A DNA stretch of 64,000 nucleotides from a virus. A program made the translations under genes and the position numbers. Where the stretch lies: the IMG/VR virus record IMGVR_UViG_3300042691_050947; one strand, 5' to 3'. The notes beneath the pieces are model-generated. The model searched no databases, was not told where the DNA came from, and saw only the letters and a program-made list of their open reading frames with translations. Numbering within the stretch: position 1 is the stretch's first letter; each line of letters begins with the position of its first letter. Below, in pieces: positions 1 to 8,647 of the stretch.

Positions 1-539
1 TTTTGTCGCCTACCGTCTTTATCGTTATCTGTAGTAAATTTCTTATTGGTCTTCCAGTCACCAACATATCGATTTTCACTTAATCTAAATAGGGCGTCTA
101 GTGTTCCAGCAAGACCCCATTTTCTGGAAAAAAGCCTAAGCTCTTGATGGATTGGGACAAATTTATGAAGCTTTTCTTCATAAAGTGCTAGAAACTTATT
201 AATTCGATCAACTTCTCTTTCATCAGTAGGCATGGTTGGATTTAATCCAGCATAATAGTCTTCGATCCATTTATGTACGTGACTTCCTAATTTTAGGGCA
301 GTTACATTGATCTCTTTCCATTCAGCTAAAATTATCTTTTTACTTGTACCTCTCTTTTTAGCAGTGAGCCCTGCCATAAAATCAGTGTCGTATGGCTTTT
401 TAAACTGCTCTAAAAAACCAGTCACAGACTGAAACATCTGGACTGGTCTTCCTGTGACTGGGTTTAAGTATGAGTAAGTATGACTCGGCTCATCAAAAAC
501 AAAGTTTGGGTCTTTAAAATATTCTAGCTTGGATTCCAA
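1..539 (-). CDS. PD-(D/E)XK family nuclease (Cas4/lambda-exonuclease-like); runs off the window start
   Basis: Not in the ORF track. Manual translation from TTG at 539 gives MESKLEYFKDPNFVFDEPSHTY...SVTGFL...GSHVHKWIE...QELRLFSRKWGLAGTLDALF...VGDWKT, with the typical G-x-x-x-H, E, AGTxD and DWKT motifs. Confidence 0.85.
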   Translation of the reverse strand, partial: MESKLEYFKDPNFVFDEPSHTYSYLNPVTGRPVQMFQSVTGFLEQFKKPYDTDFMAGLTAKKRGTSKKIILAEWKEINVTALKLGSHVHKWIEDYYAGLNPTMPTDEREVDRINKFLALYEEKLHKFVPIHQELRLFSRKWGLAGTLDALFRLSENRYVGDWKTNKKFTTDNDKDGRRQ

Positions 540-540
540 T

Positions 541-1275
541 TTATGGTTGTGTCTCGAATTCTTCTACTACTGGAAGAGATGAAAGTTTTAAAATAGCTTG
601 AATTCCAGCAAAAACATCACGTTGACAGTACTCGGCAATTCTTTGAGTATCTTCGTCTTGCCAAAAAACTCGGCTTACTTCTTCCCCTTTGATATCGCTC
701 TTTGGAGTCTCAAGACCAATTGATGTCACCAGTAACTCTAGAGAAACAAATCCTTCTTGCCAAGCTCCAAAGCTCCATAATTCAGAGGTATCAATGAATG
801 GCATTTCCCAAGGTTTAAGGTTTTGAACCTGTAAGCCCTTAGGTAGAGTCTTTCCATGAATTAAGAGTCTTTTACACATCATCGGTATATCAAAGCGTTT
901 GATGTTATGACCTGAAAACTTTAGGGCAGCAAACTTATCAAATACTTTTTGGATTCCATCAAGTACTTCATCCTCGTCTACTGAGCAATAGCTTTTTAAG
1001 ATCACGTTTGGATCCTCTCCAATAAAAGTTAATCGACCGAATGTAGCACAAACGATTCTGGCAAACTCTGGAGTCAAAGCGGCCTTTGATTGATATAACT
1101 CTTCATCAGTCATGTCTCGATTTTCTTCAAACCTGGAACGAAGGTATTCGCATCGCTTTGACCATAATTCTGCCATCTTTGGTTTATTGAGAGCAAGATC
1201 GTCCAGTGTTGCGTATTCTGATGCGGTTTCAAGATCAAAGAACACGACTTTTGCTAATTCTGCTGGTGTATACAT
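541..1275 (-). CDS. 3'-5' exonuclease related to the PolB exonuclease domain (DEDDy)
   Basis: ExoI FFDLET, ExoII GHNIKRFDIP and ExoIII YCQRDV motifs; KPWE...DT motif typical of Bacteroidota-type homologues. Confidence 0.85.
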   Translation of the reverse strand: MYTPAELAKVVFFDLETASEYATLDDLALNKPKMAELWSKRCEYLRSRFEENRDMTDEELYQSKAALTPEFARIVCATFGRLTFIGEDPNVILKSYCSVDEDEVLDGIQKVFDKFAALKFSGHNIKRFDIPMMCKRLLIHGKTLPKGLQVQNLKPWEMPFIDTSELWSFGAWQEGFVSLELLVTSIGLETPKSDIKGEEVSRVFWQDEDTQRIAEYCQRDVFAGIQAILKLSSLPVVEEFETQP

Positions 1276-1284
1276 ATATTGATT

Positions 1285-1404
1285 TTAATTGTTACTATCG
1301 ATATCATCAGCTTTATCGATGACTCTTCTTATGGCCTCTATAGCTAAAACAATGACTAGAAAAGTCACTACCATTGCCGCTGAAATAATTACAAATGTTT
1401 TCAT
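1285..1404 (-). CDS. Small (39 aa) single-TM membrane protein
   Basis: Manual translation MKTFVIISAAMVVTFLVIVLAIEAIRRVIDKADDIDSNN*; fills the gap between co-oriented genes and has an A-rich leader. Confidence 0.65.
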   Translation of the reverse strand: MKTFVIISAAMVVTFLVIVLAIEAIRRVIDKADDIDSNN

Positions 1405-1422
1405 AGTTTTTATATTTTTTTA

Positions 1423-2013
1423 TTAGTCCCACCAACCTTTTATGCCGGTGCCATCAAACCATTTATCCCAAAGCTCGCTTTCACTAGATCCATTTTCTTT
1501 TGCTCTATCATAAAGCATGATGAATTGAGAATACTTTTGACCCTGTAAAATCCTAAAAAGCTCCTCAAATTCCTGTTCCTCAAGCTCATTGGATAGACTA
1601 TAGATCTCACTATTTAATTTACTAGCTTCCTTAGTCTCCTTTCCTGGTTTATTTCCAAACGGACCATATGATAAATCAATGGACCTTCCTAGTTTTTCTT
1701 CAGCTAGTTCAATATAATCAGAATCGGCTTGACGATTTAGGATCTCAATAGCTCTTTTGATTTTAGCTACTTTTTTTAATCGAGGTCCCTCAACCTCGTT
1801 TCCATAGTGTTCTAAGGTATGTGCAAGAGGCTCAAGTGAACGAGCTAAAATTCTCATTTGATAGCTAGAATCCCAAGGTCTAAATCTCCAAATTACTTTC
1901 CAAAAGAAAAAAATATTCTTGACACCGTATGGTATATCATACCTAAAAAAATCCCAGATGCTCTTAAAAAAGTTTGGAATAGTATACTTAAAAAAATCTT
2001 TAATTGGTTCCAT
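1423..2013 (-). CDS. Hypothetical phage protein (Trp-rich, ends GIKGWWD)
   Basis: 196-aa ORF co-oriented with neighbours. Confidence 0.75.
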   Translation of the reverse strand: MEPIKDFFKYTIPNFFKSIWDFFRYDIPYGVKNIFFFWKVIWRFRPWDSSYQMRILARSLEPLAHTLEHYGNEVEGPRLKKVAKIKRAIEILNRQADSDYIELAEEKLGRSIDLSYGPFGNKPGKETKEASKLNSEIYSLSNELEEQEFEELFRILQGQKYSQFIMLYDRAKENGSSESELWDKWFDGTGIKGWWD

Positions 2014-2037
2014 AATTAGTGTTTATGTACTAAGTTC

Positions 2038-2547
2038 TTAGCTAAAGTCGGTCGATGTTGAAACCCTAAGCCCGTCTACGATAAGATCAAAATATTTGCT
2101 GTGATCGTATGCATAGTCTCGATGATAGCCCTCTTTTTTCATGTGATTTAAGTAATCCTGATTGTATATAAATCCATCAGGTTCTCCCCAAGAGAGGGCC
2201 ATCTGGATAAACTCCTCTACCTCTTGTTCAACTCCATATTCATCGACCACTCGACCACTACGAATGAAGGTAAGAAGCTCCTCTTTATTTGTATAATATT
2301 TGTCGCTATTGAAGTTCCAACAGAACTTCCAGCCCATGCTTCGTTTACCTAGGTGAATTGAGGTGTCTGTAATAAATTCGCTCCAGGGTGAGTGATATTC
2401 CCAGGAAGATTCACCATTTTCTAAAGTATGAAAGCCTCTCTCAATTGTCCCTAGAGAAAGATCTAATGCTTCTATTCTCTCTTGAAGTTTCTTTTTTCTC
2501 TCAAGCATCTCAGCGTGAGTAGGTATTCTATAAAAGTTTGTTCCCAT
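2038..2547 (-). CDS. Hypothetical phage protein (MGTNFY...IHLGKRSMGWKF type)
   Basis: 169-aa ORF; motif pattern recalled from conserved phage hypotheticals. Confidence 0.75.
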   Translation of the reverse strand: MGTNFYRIPTHAEMLERKKKLQERIEALDLSLGTIERGFHTLENGESSWEYHSPWSEFITDTSIHLGKRSMGWKFCWNFNSDKYYTNKEELLTFIRSGRVVDEYGVEQEVEEFIQMALSWGEPDGFIYNQDYLNHMKKEGYHRDYAYDHSKYFDLIVDGLRVSTSTDFS

Positions 2548-2548
2548 A

Positions 2549-2797
2549 TTAATTTAGTGCAAATTTGTATTCTTTTTTAGTTGACTTAGAATCTTCTGTG
2601 ACTCTAAATCGAGTAGCGTCATATCCGATCCACCGCATACCCATCTTGGTAACGCCTTCATTTGTGATTCCCCTGATGATGTATACTCTTTGATCTAACA
2701 TGTTATGATATTCGTTCTCAACGATATATTCTTCTCCAGCTACAACACATGCACCCTCAGGTAAGTTTTTATCGTTTACACAAACTACTTTTTTCAT
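2549..2797 (-). CDS. Hypothetical protein
   Basis: 82-aa ORF overlapping its upstream neighbour by 4 nt. Confidence 0.7.
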   Translation of the reverse strand: MKKVVCVNDKNLPEGACVVAGEEYIVENEYHNMLDQRVYIIRGITNEGVTKMGMRWIGYDATRFRVTEDSKSTKKEYKFALN

Positions 2798-3291
2798 ATC
2801 CTTTTAAGTATTAAGCACTTATTAGTATCAAAGCTTGGTATGTATCGATATGTTGTGATTTTATCTCCACTACCTTTAACTCCTTTTACTGAGCCAATTA
2901 TTTTAGTTTCATCAACTACTTTTTTCATCTCAATTTCAACATTAATTTCTGTTGGTTGTAGTATCGGTTGAGTAAATTCCTCAAAAGTACCTTTATTGTA
3001 TACACAAAAATCCCAAAGATTTCCCATGTCTTCCAAAGTAAACACCTTGTCTTTATTCAACTCTATTGCTTTGTTGAATCCATTTTTCCAGATAGTTCTA
3101 AATCCATCAGGAATTGATTCTTCAGCCAACTTCTCAACATCTACAACTCCAAATATCTCATCACAGTTTTGTTTGGATAGTTTCATCTTATCTGTTACTT
3201 CTAACATAGATACATCAGTTGTTGCTATAACAAACCTTTTATCATTAATAAGCACATACTCATCATGATCTTTAATTAATTTTCCTTTCAT
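2794..3291 (-). CDS. Hypothetical protein
   Basis: 165-aa ORF with ATGA overlaps at both ends. Confidence 0.7.
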   Translation of the reverse strand: MKGKLIKDHDEYVLINDKRFVIATTDVSMLEVTDKMKLSKQNCDEIFGVVDVEKLAEESIPDGFRTIWKNGFNKAIELNKDKVFTLEDMGNLWDFCVYNKGTFEEFTQPILQPTEINVEIEMKKVVDETKIIGSVKGVKGSGDKITTYRYIPSFDTNKCLILKRI

Positions 3292-4226
3292 ATTTTTTCA
3301 AATTCAAATTTTAACTCTTCAGTAAAAAGACCGTCATTAGCAACATATCGAAGTAGAGCCAGGTCCTTTGCTTTTGCCTCTATCTCAACATCTACGTCAA
3401 ATCCATAATCTGGAATGGAGTCATATACATAATCCGCATGTGAACGATTGATTACTGATGCATCTTCGTACAGTGACTTTGAGCTAGAGAAGTGCTGAAG
3501 CGGTGTGATATCGCCCCAAGTAGAGGCAGCAAGTAGAGCTGCTTGCTCTGCTGAAATATCATTAGTACAAAACCTGTGATGGAAATGGTCAAACGTAATT
3601 GGACAGCCGACTACTTTGTAAACTCCATTAAAAAGATCGATCACTCCAAACTGGCTTGGTTTATCATCATTTTCCACGACCAGCCTGGCTTTGGTGGAGG
3701 GGGAGAGCCGCTTAAAGTTATCGCAAAAGCGCTCCATTGCGGAATGCTTATCGCCATAGGATCCACCTATGTGGATGTTGATGGGAAACTGGTGGCTTTT
3801 AGGAAGAAACATAAGATCCATGATTCGAGCATGCTGGTCTAGGTCGTATATCGTCTTGCTCACTACCTCGGGATTGGGGGAAGCAAGCACATCAAACTGA
3901 CCTGGATGAAATGAGATTCGTAAATCGTGTTGATGAACGTACTCACCGATCCTTTTCATGATAGAACAGAGCTCAATAAAATTGGGCAGGTCTTCAAAGG
4001 AGTACTCGCTCATCCAGGGAAAGATATCACTGGACATGCGATAGACTTGAATATCGTGTGCGACGTTCCACTCAAGGATCTTATAGAGGTCCTTTAAGTT
4101 TTGCTCGGCTAGATCGCCAGCCCTAGGCAGACCTTGCTCCAGCCAAGTCTTACGAATCATGCCACGATTAATGGTGATTCCCTGATCACGCAAGCTTAAA
4201 TTTATGCAACAATATCCTAATCTCAT
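3288..4226 (-). CDS. uvsE: UV damage endonuclease UvsE
   Basis: MRLGYCCIN, YRMSSDIFP, RISFHPGQF, NIHIGG, RLVVENDD, FDHFHH, SHADY and EIEAKAKDLA motifs. Confidence 0.95.
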   Translation of the reverse strand: MRLGYCCINLSLRDQGITINRGMIRKTWLEQGLPRAGDLAEQNLKDLYKILEWNVAHDIQVYRMSSDIFPWMSEYSFEDLPNFIELCSIMKRIGEYVHQHDLRISFHPGQFDVLASPNPEVVSKTIYDLDQHARIMDLMFLPKSHQFPINIHIGGSYGDKHSAMERFCDNFKRLSPSTKARLVVENDDKPSQFGVIDLFNGVYKVVGCPITFDHFHHRFCTNDISAEQAALLAASTWGDITPLQHFSSSKSLYEDASVINRSHADYVYDSIPDYGFDVDVEIEAKAKDLALLRYVANDGLFTEELKFEFEKI

Positions 4227-4277
4227 GTAGTTAAGATACTAAAGTTTTTTAACTTTTAAAATTTTTTCCGTGCACGC

Positions 4278-4373
4278 GAGTACTACTAAAGTATCTTTAT
4301 AGTAATTAATTAAAGTAATAAAGAAGTAATATTTACTATTATAGTACTAGCTAGTACTCCCACCCACCATCCC
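4278..4373. repeat. Cluster of palindromes and inverted repeats plus a C-rich tract in the divergent intergenic region
   Basis: Perfect 16-bp palindrome AGTACTAGCTAGTACT (4343-4358); inverted pair GAGTACTA (4278-4285) / TAGTACTC (4352-4359); inner hairpins; CCCACCCACCATCCC (4359-4373). Confidence 0.75.
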
Positions 4374-4374
4374 T

Positions 4375-4402
4375 ATTGTACTACCCAAAAATTTAAAGGT
4401 TT
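4375..4402 (-). promoter_or_regulatory. Putative leftward promoter AAACC-N16-GTACAAT
   Basis: Matches the rightward element at 4431-4458 in both boxes and in spacer length. Confidence 0.55.
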
Positions 4403-4430
4403 TAAAGAGATAAATATTATGTAGCTTATA

Positions 4431-4458
4431 AAACTCTTAAGCTACTCCAAAGTACAAT
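4431..4458 (+). promoter_or_regulatory. Putative rightward promoter AAACT-N16-GTACAAT
   Basis: Ends 31 nt before the ATG at 4490; twin of the minus-strand element. Its upstream box lies in the loop of the GTAGCTTA/TAAGCTAC inverted repeat (4421-4445). Confidence 0.55.
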
Positions 4459-4489
4459 ACTTCCAGGTTTTAAAAATTATCAGTTATGA

Positions 4490-5149
4490 ATGACTATAGT
4501 CAGCATCGATTTTTCAATACTCTACCCGGGTATTTGTATTTGTAAGGATTTTAAGGAGTTTAAGTGGCTCTCTGTAGTAAACACCAAGCCTAAAAAGGCA
4601 GATCAGGAAAACCTGGACTATCTTGTACAAAACTACCCTAACATAAAAATCGAAAGGACTAACACGGTCAGAAAGACTCATCCAGAGTATCATGTCACAG
4701 AACGTGTAAAACTGATAAACTATAAAGAACTAATCTCTAAAATCATTACTGAATTATTACACGAAGTAGGCGACGATGAAGTTATCGTTGCAATCGAAGG
4801 AATCTCATTTGGATCAAAAGGAAACTCACTAGTCGACATCTCACAATCTACAGGAATTTTAAAACACGAACTCTTAACTCAAGTACTTAAAAACAACGCA
4901 GATAGACTTTTTATCTTTAGCCCTAGTGAGCTTAAAAACGCAATTGGCTGTAAAGGAAACGCGAACAAGATGGATATTTTTAACCAGTTTAAAGAGGATC
5001 CTCAAATAGAAGCGATAAAAGATTCTGATCTATATCGCGCAGTACACAATGAGAAATGGATAGTCCAGGGAGATAAGATACTCTCTCCCATTATTGACAT
5101 GGTAGACTCCGTATTAGGAGTAATTAAAATCTACCGGCTTTCAAAATAA
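4490..5149 (+). CDS. RuvC-like Holliday junction resolvase
   Basis: N-terminal SIDFS, central AIEG, PSELK...GNANK and C-terminal DMVDS give the RNase H/RuvC acidic set. Confidence 0.75.
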   Translation: MTIVSIDFSILYPGICICKDFKEFKWLSVVNTKPKKADQENLDYLVQNYPNIKIERTNTVRKTHPEYHVTERVKLINYKELISKIITELLHEVGDDEVIVAIEGISFGSKGNSLVDISQSTGILKHELLTQVLKNNADRLFIFSPSELKNAIGCKGNANKMDIFNQFKEDPQIEAIKDSDLYRAVHNEKWIVQGDKILSPIIDMVDSVLGVIKIYRLSK

Positions 5150-5159
5150 TCAAGCAAAA

Positions 5160-5558
5160 ATGGCTAGAAAAAAGAAAGGGGACACCCACTACATTAACAA
5201 CAAAGAATTTACTGCAGATATCATAGAATGCAAAAAGGCGGGTGAACTATCAGATTACTCAGTAAACTGCTTTATCTCCCTTGCAAACAGAGCGGCAGAC
5301 CGTCTTTACTTTAAAGACTATCGAGACAGGGAAGACTGCATTCAGTCAGCGATCCTAGACTGTTTAAAATACTGGAAAAGCTTTGATGAGTCTAAGATGA
5401 TCTCACCCAATGCGTTTGCGTATTTTACTCAAATTTGTAAAAACGGCTACGCAAAAGAGTGGAAAAAGATTCATAAAAAGACGGGGCTTGACGCTGATGA
5501 GACTCTTGAATTTATCTCAATTAATTCAAGCGGAGAAAATTCAGTATACAGTATATAA
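5160..5558 (+). CDS. T4 gp55-like late-transcription sigma factor
   Basis: HYINNKEF, YRDRED and NAFAYFTQI match gp55-family signatures; sits immediately before the structural genes. Confidence 0.8.
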   Translation: MARKKKGDTHYINNKEFTADIIECKKAGELSDYSVNCFISLANRAADRLYFKDYRDREDCIQSAILDCLKYWKSFDESKMISPNAFAYFTQICKNGYAKEWKKIHKKTGLDADETLEFISINSSGENSVYSI

Positions 5559-5572
5559 GTTTATTAAATCTA

Positions 5573-5579
5573 ATAAATA
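5573..5579 (+). promoter_or_regulatory. Putative late promoter ATAAATA
   Basis: T4 late-promoter-like core that recurs just upstream of many structural genes in this window. Confidence 0.55.
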
Positions 5580-5600
5580 AGATAAAGCTAACTAACGCTA

Positions 5601-8600
5601 ATGAACATTCAAAACTTAAACTTTTTTGATAAGTTTGGGAAAAACTTAAACTTTCTGTATGATGTCACTGATTCAACATGGAAGGGTACGATCTTTTTTA
5701 AGAATATTTCAGCATATCTTTTCGATAATGAAAATATCTTTATAATGGAAAAGGTTGGGACAAACGATTATCGTTTTCCTACCCTTGCCCCAAATCAATC
5801 CCTAAAGTTTACTTGGGAAGATTCTAAAAATAGCGATATTTTCTTTTTATATGACGTAATTCGTGACACTACCCTACTTGAAAACTTTATTAACAAGATC
5901 GAATCATCGACCATCTCTCACTCTGACTTTTCAAATAGTCCTGCTCCGCTTGACATTAAAATACCGTTGCAAGTAAACCTTGCATTTAGTCCAAACACTG
6001 AGATCGCATATGAAAGAAAGCTCTTAGTTAATTTAATTGACGGATCTACTGAGACTACGATAGCCGAATTTGACATATATGGAGAGGGAATTGAGGAGGA
6101 GGAAAGATTTAAGATATGGGCCCAAAACTTTGGAATCCGATTCCTAAGAGAGGATGCAAACATTCTTAAAGACTATGACATAAAGGAGGCATTTCCAGAC
6201 ATGGATGCTCTAAATAAAGCAAGAAAACAGTTACTTGTTAACAAGGAGGAAATCTATCCATATATCGGTACCTATCGAGGATTAATTAACTTTATCAACA
6301 TTCTAGGTTATCGAGATCTGCTAAAAGTGAAAGAATACTGGCAGAATATCAACGCTAGTTCTGCATATTTTAATAAGCTAGCAATGGTCGATATCACCGA
6401 CTACCTAGATGATGGTAAGATCCAGTCACTGGACCTAGTTGACAAAAACAGTAACCTAAAATCAGGTAAGCAGTTTAAAAAGACTGAGTTTCTTGCCCTA
6501 GTCTATGAATTTACTAGAGTCACTGGAGAATTCGATGATGATGGGATTCCTTTAATTGAGGAGACTACTGATTTTACAGTGGACGAAATTTTCTATAAAT
6601 TAAACCTTCTTCAAAAAAAGCTAAAGACTGAGATACTCCCAATTAACGTTAAGATAAAAGACGTGATTGGAGAGTTTATTTACTTTCAAAAGCTGACTAT
6701 TAACTATTGGCCCGACTCTACGATAATTCGTGATTATCAGATTAACGAATCAGTTGAGATCGGAGTCTATCCTGGAAACAGCACAAACCTTGTGCTTAGG
6801 TCGCTAGATCCCCTGTATCGACAATCAGATCCTAACGGAGTTGATTTTGGAGTGATTCGATTTAATGATTCAGCCAAGAATCCATTTGAGAACTTTCAAT
6901 ATTATGCAAAGTCTGAGATTCCAGCAATCGTCGAGTATATCACGGAATTTTATGATAACATTCGAGACCAACGACTACCTGATCTTGGGGCTAGGCTTAG
7001 CTGGGAATACGGTGACGATCCTCAACGTGTGATAGGAGCACCGATAGTATTGGTCGCAGACATAAATAAACTTACATTAAACGATGTTAAAGGAGTTAAG
7101 TTAGAAGACTTGGATGAGATTGCAGTAGGAATAAGCGCCTATTGGACCCTTGAGAATATTGACTTTCGTAACTATTATGAGATCAAGTGGAAGATAACTA
7201 AACCCGGACCAAACCCATATAATTTTGAATATCGAGGTCGAATCGCTGATCTATATCAACTTCCTCACTTTCTTCCATTTGCTGGAAAATATCGAATAAC
7301 GATCGAGCTTTACGATTTTTGCGGAAACATTAGCGCGTTTTCAAAGTTTATCGAAGTCTCAGATCAAATGAAACCAGAAATAATTGCTTTTTCAAGAATA
7401 GAGGACAAGTTCGAATATTCTATCAAAAACTTAAGCAATGTTCAACTAAGAGATTTTGGCTCGTCTCCAATTTATTATCCAAAAATTAATGTTCTAGATA
7501 ATGAAGATTCTGCAGTTAAAATCGATCTTTATAAGAACTTAACTGAATGGGGATCATTTTTCATGAACCGGTATGGTATGGGTCAAAACGTATACGATGT
7601 TGACATATACGATGTCGATACTGCAGCATATGTCGCATATAATGATCCTTTACAAAACCATCCTAGAAAAAGATATTGGGGTCTTGGAGAAAACGACACG
7701 CCAATCACTCTAAAAGATTTTAGAGATATTGAGATCGGCTCACTATATTGGATGCGATTAAATAGCTTTGTTCACGTTGATGATTTTGAAGCCGGCTTCT
7801 ACTTCTATACACCAACTGCTGGTGACACAATACAAATTTCATTGTTTACCCCATACGTTATCCCAGCATTTACTAGCTTAGATGATCTATGTACCATCAT
7901 GAATGCCAGCATCGATCCAGCAATAAGCCTATTTACCTATTCTGTTTTAAACGGGACTGATATTCATGCACAAGCCAAATTCCTAAGTAAAGAATTATAT
8001 CACACAATATCGTATATCGGCGCCACTATAACCGGCGATACCCACACGTATTTTACTCCTAAAAAAGTATTTTCAACCTCTCTTGTAAATCACTTAGTCG
8101 CAAACTATCCAGCGTTTGAGGAAGAAAATCTATTTGTTTTTGCCAAGACGAGCGACGTTCTTTCGGGTAACATGCAAAATCCAGCATTTTGGGTCGATGA
8201 TTACTGGTATTTTGATAACAATCAGCAATATGGGTTCATACCTACAACAATTGACCAAAACGTGTTTAACCTTGGTGATATTAAACTTTTCAAGGACACG
8301 TTTACTATTCCTGAAAACGGAATAGTCTTTTTTGTAGTTAATAACTTAGATGGAAAAAATGATTTTATCTGGTCGCTAACTAATACTGTTACTGGAGAAG
8401 AGATGATGAGAGTAAAATCAGTTCCTTTCTTTATCTGGAAGTTTAAAGATATTGGAAATTTCTCACTTAGCGTGAGAGTGATAGATAATCGTGAAACAAA
8501 TTACGAAAACTCAGTACAAAACTTTATTAGAGTTCTAAATAAGACCCAATATTCCTTTGAGATTGAGGATCGACTCAACGTTAGGAAAAACTACTTAATA

Positions 8601-8618
8601 AAGAACTCTGTTGCTTAA
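5601..8618 (+). CDS. Large virion structural protein (probable baseplate wedge subunit with PKD-like domains)
   Basis: 1005 aa; YIGTYRGLINFINILG resembles the wedge (gp7/P2 I) motif; GKYRITIELYD and GNFSLSVRVID look like PKD-type strand ends. Confidence 0.5.
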   Translation: MNIQNLNFFDKFGKNLNFLYDVTDSTWKGTIFFKNISAYLFDNENIFIMEKVGTNDYRFPTLAPNQSLKFTWEDSKNSDIFFLYDVIRDTTLLENFINKIESSTISHSDFSNSPAPLDIKIPLQVNLAFSPNTEIAYERKLLVNLIDGSTETTIAEFDIYGEGIEEEERFKIWAQNFGIRFLREDANILKDYDIKEAFPDMDALNKARKQLLVNKEEIYPYIGTYRGLINFINILGYRDLLKVKEYWQNINASSAYFNKLAMVDITDYLDDGKIQSLDLVDKNSNLKSGKQFKKTEFLALVYEFTRVTGEFDDDGIPLIEETTDFTVDEIFYKLNLLQKKLKTEILPINVKIKDVIGEFIYFQKLTINYWPDSTIIRDYQINESVEIGVYPGNSTNLVLRSLDPLYRQSDPNGVDFGVIRFNDSAKNPFENFQYYAKSEIPAIVEYITEFYDNIRDQRLPDLGARLSWEYGDDPQRVIGAPIVLVADINKLTLNDVKGVKLEDLDEIAVGISAYWTLENIDFRNYYEIKWKITKPGPNPYNFEYRGRIADLYQLPHFLPFAGKYRITIELYDFCGNISAFSKFIEVSDQMKPEIIAFSRIEDKFEYSIKNLSNVQLRDFGSSPIYYPKINVLDNEDSAVKIDLYKNLTEWGSFFMNRYGMGQNVYDVDIYDVDTAAYVAYNDPLQNHPRKRYWGLGENDTPITLKDFRDIEIGSLYWMRLNSFVHVDDFEAGFYFYTPTAGDTIQISLFTPYVIPAFTSLDDLCTIMNASIDPAISLFTYSVLNGTDIHAQAKFLSKELYHTISYIGATITGDTHTYFTPKKVFSTSLVNHLVANYPAFEEENLFVFAKTSDVLSGNMQNPAFWVDDYWYFDNNQQYGFIPTTIDQNVFNLGDIKLFKDTFTIPENGIVFFVVNNLDGKNDFIWSLTNTVTGEEMMRVKSVPFFIWKFKDIGNFSLSVRVIDNRETNYENSVQNFIRVLNKTQYSFEIEDRLNVRKNYLIKNSVA

Positions 8619-8647
8619 TAATAAATAACTAAAATAATTAATTAATT

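Noticed and set aside
1-539. Cas4 indicating a CRISPR-Cas locus
   Set aside because: Generic phage PD-(D/E)XK nuclease; no Cys cluster in the visible part, and no other cas genes or array.
4227-4489. tRNA gene in the intergenic region
   Set aside because: No T-loop GTTC or D-loop consensus, and no cloverleaf of proper size.
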